NCBI GenBank assembly: GCA_035221665.1
Contig: CM069162.1
Coordinates: 6,634,001 to 6,698,000 of the forward strand
DNA: 64,000 nucleotides
Origin: Okamejei kenojei
Taxonomy: Eukaryota
Direction: 5' to 3'
Positions 60,608 to 64,000 of the stretch are shown piece after piece. Each line of letters begins with the position of its first letter. Positions within the stretch are counted from its first letter, which is position 1. The notes beneath the pieces are model-generated. The model did no database searches, had not been told where the DNA came from, and worked only from the letters and a program-made list of their open reading frames with translations. A program made the position numbers and the translations under genes.

Positions 60608-61492
60608 ATAACGATAGTGGCATTTAAGAAACTTTTGGGTAGACATATAGATAAATGTACAGGGGAATGGAGGGAATGGATTATATGCAGGTAGATAAGA
60701 GATGGGCTTAGACATTGCGGCCTGTTCTTGTGCTGTACTGGTCTATGTTCTAGAGGCTAATGTTAGAGCCCTGGCCGTCTTTTAGAAGCTGGCGCTAGTT
60801 TATTTTGACGGGTTAAATCGTAGAGTTAATGGAGCCGTTTGCTCACGGGCACAGGTTAGAATCAGTCCACAATGGTAAATGACTGCTGTTCGAAGAAGCC
60901 ACCCTTGTAAGATTCCTTTCAGTTCCAAGTGCAAGTGTTTTGAGTCATTGAGAATCAGTGAGCACATATGAGGAAATAACATATAAGAGACATGTGGACA
61001 GGTACATGGATAGAGTAGAGGGTTATAGCCAGGTGGGACTAGTGTAGATGGGGCTTGTTGGCCGGCATGGGCAAGTTGGGCCGAGGGGCCTGTCTCCACA
61101 CTGTATTACCCGATGACTCTGACCAGATACTCTTCTACCTGTTACTCCTGTATTAAGGACTGGTGACTCACCAAGTAACGTGTTAGCTGCTGAACAGTAA
61201 CTGCTGCATCAGCTGGGGATGCAACACCACAGTGAGAGAGAACCACTATACAGCGGCAATCACAACAGCATTAGGGTCTCACACAGGCCGGCCCACCCCG
61301 AGGATGGCTGGATGCTGAGGAGAGCAGTACAGTCAGGTATATGTCGAAAATCTGAAGATGGTACTTTTCTCCAGAGATGCTGCCTGACCTGCGGAGTTAC
61401 TCCAGCTAGTTGTGTCTATCTTGTGTAGAAAGGCAGTGTAGATGCAGGTTTATAACGAAGATAGAATCAAAGTTCTGGAGTAACTTTTTCTT

Positions 61493-62124
61493 AGCAAAAG
61501 GATTTGAGTATAGGAGCAGGGAGGTTCTACTTCAGTTGTACAGGGTCTTGGTGAGACCACACCTGGAGTATTGCGTACAGTTCTGGTCTCCAAATCTGAG
61601 GAAGGACATTATTGCCATAGAGGGAGTGCAGAGAAGGTTCACCAGACTGATTCCTGGGATATCAGGACTGTCTTATGAAGAAAGACTGGATAGACTCGGT
61701 TTATACTCCCTAGAATTTAGGAGATTGAGAGGGGATCTTATAGAAACTTACAAAATTCTTAAGGGGTTGGACAGGCTAGATGCAGGAAGATTGTTCCCGA
61801 TGTTGGGGAAGTCCAGGACAAGGGGTCACAGCTTAAGGATAAGGAGGAAATCCTTTAAGACCGAGATGAGAAAGACTTTTTTCACAGAGAGTGGTGAGTC
61901 TCTGGAACTCTCTGCCACAGAGGGTAGTTGAGGCCAGTTCATTGGCTATATTTAAGAGGGAGTTAGATGTGGCCCTTGTGGCTAAGGGGATCAGGGGGTA
62001 TGGAGAGAAGGCAGGTACGGGATACTGAGTTGGATGATCAGCCATGATCATATTGAATGGCGGTGCAGGTTCGAAGGGCCGCATGGCCTACTCCTGCACC
62101 TAATTTCTATGTTTCTATGTTTCT
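61493..62124 (+). mobile_element. CR1 LINE 3' end, longest and best preserved ORF2 C-terminus
   Basis: KGFEYRSREVLLQLYRVLVRPHLEYCVQFWSPNLRKDIIAIEGVQRRFTRLIPG...; frameshift near 61890; (tttctatg)n tail. Confidence 0.9.
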
Positions 62125-62399
62125 AACTCAGTGGGTCAGGCAATATCTACAGAGAAAAAGGATGGGTGGCGTTTCTTCAGACTGAGGAAGAGTCCCAGCT
62201 CGAAATGTCACCATTCCTTTTCTCCAGAGACGCTGCCTGATCTGCTGAGTTGCTCCAGCACTTTGTGTCTATCTGCAGTCAGGTATATGGTAGTTAAGAT
62301 GCTAACACAAGACCAAGTTAACGATGTGAACTAATGATGCTGACACGATTGTAGAGGTTACATGTTTGAGGTTGCAGTACTGATACAAGTCAATTGGCA

Positions 62400-63205
62400 T
62401 GTGGATTGTAATGGCTGTGCTCATATTACAGTTGTACAAGAGGATGGTGAGGCCACACTTGGAGTACTGTGTTCAGTTTTGCTCACCCTCCTACAGGAAG
62501 AATGTCATTAAGCTGGAAAAAGGACAGAGAAAATCTACGAAGATGTTGCCAAGACTTGAGAGCCCCATCAATAGGGAGAGGTTGGGCAGGCTAGGACTTA
62601 AGGGCCTGTCCCACTTTCACAACCTAATTCACAACCATTTTTACTTGTGGACATTTTTCATCATGTTGAAAAAACACCCCAACCTACGATGCCACGAGTA
62701 CCTACGACTGGCATCACGGCCTGCTACGACCTACCTACGACCTCCTACGACCTCGTGACAACCATGCTGCGAGTATGAGTCAAGGGCAAACTCGGCAGAG
62801 GTCGTGAATTAGGTCGTTAAAGTGGGACAGGCCCATTAGTCTTGGAGTGCAGGAAGCTGAGAGGTGATTTTATAGAGGTGTGTACAATCATGAGGCAAGT
62901 AGACAGGCTGAACGCACAGTTTTTTACCCAGAGTAGGAGAAACAAGGACCAGAGGACATAGGTTCAAGGTGAGAGGAGAGAGATTTGATAGGAACCTGAG
63001 CGGCAGTGTTTTAACTCAGAGGGTGATGTGTCTATGGGATGAGCTGCCAGAGGAGGTAGTTGAGGCAGGTACTATAACAGCATTTGAAAGATATTTTGGA
63101 CTGGCACATAGATAGGAAAGGTTTAGAGGGATATGGGGAAAAATGTGGGAAAATGGGACCAGCTTAGATGGGCCGAAGGGCCTGATTCCGTGCTGTACGA
63201 CTCCA
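62400..63205 (+). mobile_element. CR1 LINE 3' end interrupted by a Harbinger MITE
   Basis: LQLYKRMVRPHLEYCVQFCSPSYRKNVIKLEK; resumes at 62839. Confidence 0.8.
62601..62835. mobile_element. PIF/Harbinger-type MITE (235 bp)
   Basis: ~36-bp TIRs gggcctgtcccacttt..acctaattcac; TTA TSD at 62598-62600 and 62836-62838; internal cctacgac repeats. Confidence 0.85.
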
Positions 63206-63313
63206 AGGCTCTCCTCCCTCCCTCGGTAACAAATGAAATTACCGCGCATGTATGAAAATCCTGCCAGATAACTCACAGATGGCTCTTCACTGCCATATGA
63301 AGACTGCACAACA

Positions 63314-63545
63314 CTAGCGGATGAGGTGCTGTTCCTCCAATTTGCGCGTGGCCTCACTCTGGCAGTGGAGGGGGGGGGGGGGGGGCCAGGACAGAAGGTT
63401 TCCCTGACTCTCGATCTGAGGAAGGGTCTCGACCCGAAACCTGACCCATTCCTTCCCTCCAGAGGCGCTGCCCGACCCGCTGAGTGACCCAGGCATTTTG
63501 TGTCCAATCCTCGGTGTGAACCAGCATCTGCGGTTCCTTCCGACA
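63314..63545. mobile_element. PLE remnant: inverted GIY-YIG fragment joined to plus-strand 3' terminus
   Basis: Minus strand encodes LHCQSEATRKLEEQHLI; plus strand ctgaggaagggtctcgacccgaaac...cagcatctgcggttccttcc. Confidence 0.7.
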
Positions 63546-64000
63546 CTAGCCGGCATGTTAACCGAGTGTCATCATGCAAACAATTCCTGTCATCATCCGA
63601 TAATTTCTGCTTGTTATTCAGCGCTGGGCACAAACTCATTTAGAGGGAATCTGACAAAGAGGCGGGTTTTTGTTTTGTTGCCTGTGTTTTGCCTTTTGAG
63701 AAAGAAACAGCACATTTCTTTAATCTCCTCTGTTGCCGTCTGACATTCGAGATAATTTCCCAACATGGTTTCAAAAAATATATATCAAGTGGTGGAGTAA
63801 TTTCATCCACCATTTGTGGGTAGGGCATTGATGAGTTAATATACCAATCAAATGATTAAAAATAGCCAAGGTCAAATTTCAAGGCAGCAGAAATATCCAG
63901 AAGTAGTGTATAAAATGTGTCAATCTGAAGCTTCCAGTTACACTTTGGAAAAACTGATTTATTTCTTCTGGAAAAGAAACAACCTTTTTTTTTTTTGCCT

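Noticed and set aside
61410-61931. 173-aa ORF as a host gene
   Set aside because: It is a 5'-truncated CR1 ORF2 C-terminus with a frameshift and lacks the RT core.

Overview
Eukaryotic, repeat-dense, apparently non-coding DNA (large intron or gene desert). It is most likely from an elasmobranch (skate/ray/shark), inferred from abundant HE1-type V-SINEs and their CR1 partner LINEs. No host protein-coding gene, rRNA, true tRNA or CRISPR array can be supported; the supplied ORFs are repeat fragments or chance. The window contains about 30 tRNA-derived V-SINEs, many 5'-truncated CR1 and Rex1/Babar LINE 3' ends, and many Penelope-like element (PLE) 3' remnants. The PLE remnants carry minimal hammerhead-ribozyme motifs and often sit as short fold-back insertions with 9-16 bp TSDs; one subfamily has 0-3 copies of an internal 56-bp unit. 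There are two PIF/Harbinger-type MITEs (one holds a ~1 kb 21-bp minisatellite), a 98-bp MITE with a 6-bp TSD, and an RTE-derived element that appears 5'-inverted. Repeat-free, TF-motif-rich islands look like conserved non-coding enhancers. Family assignments come from recalled consensus motifs, not database searches, and most boundaries are approximate (about +/-10 bp).
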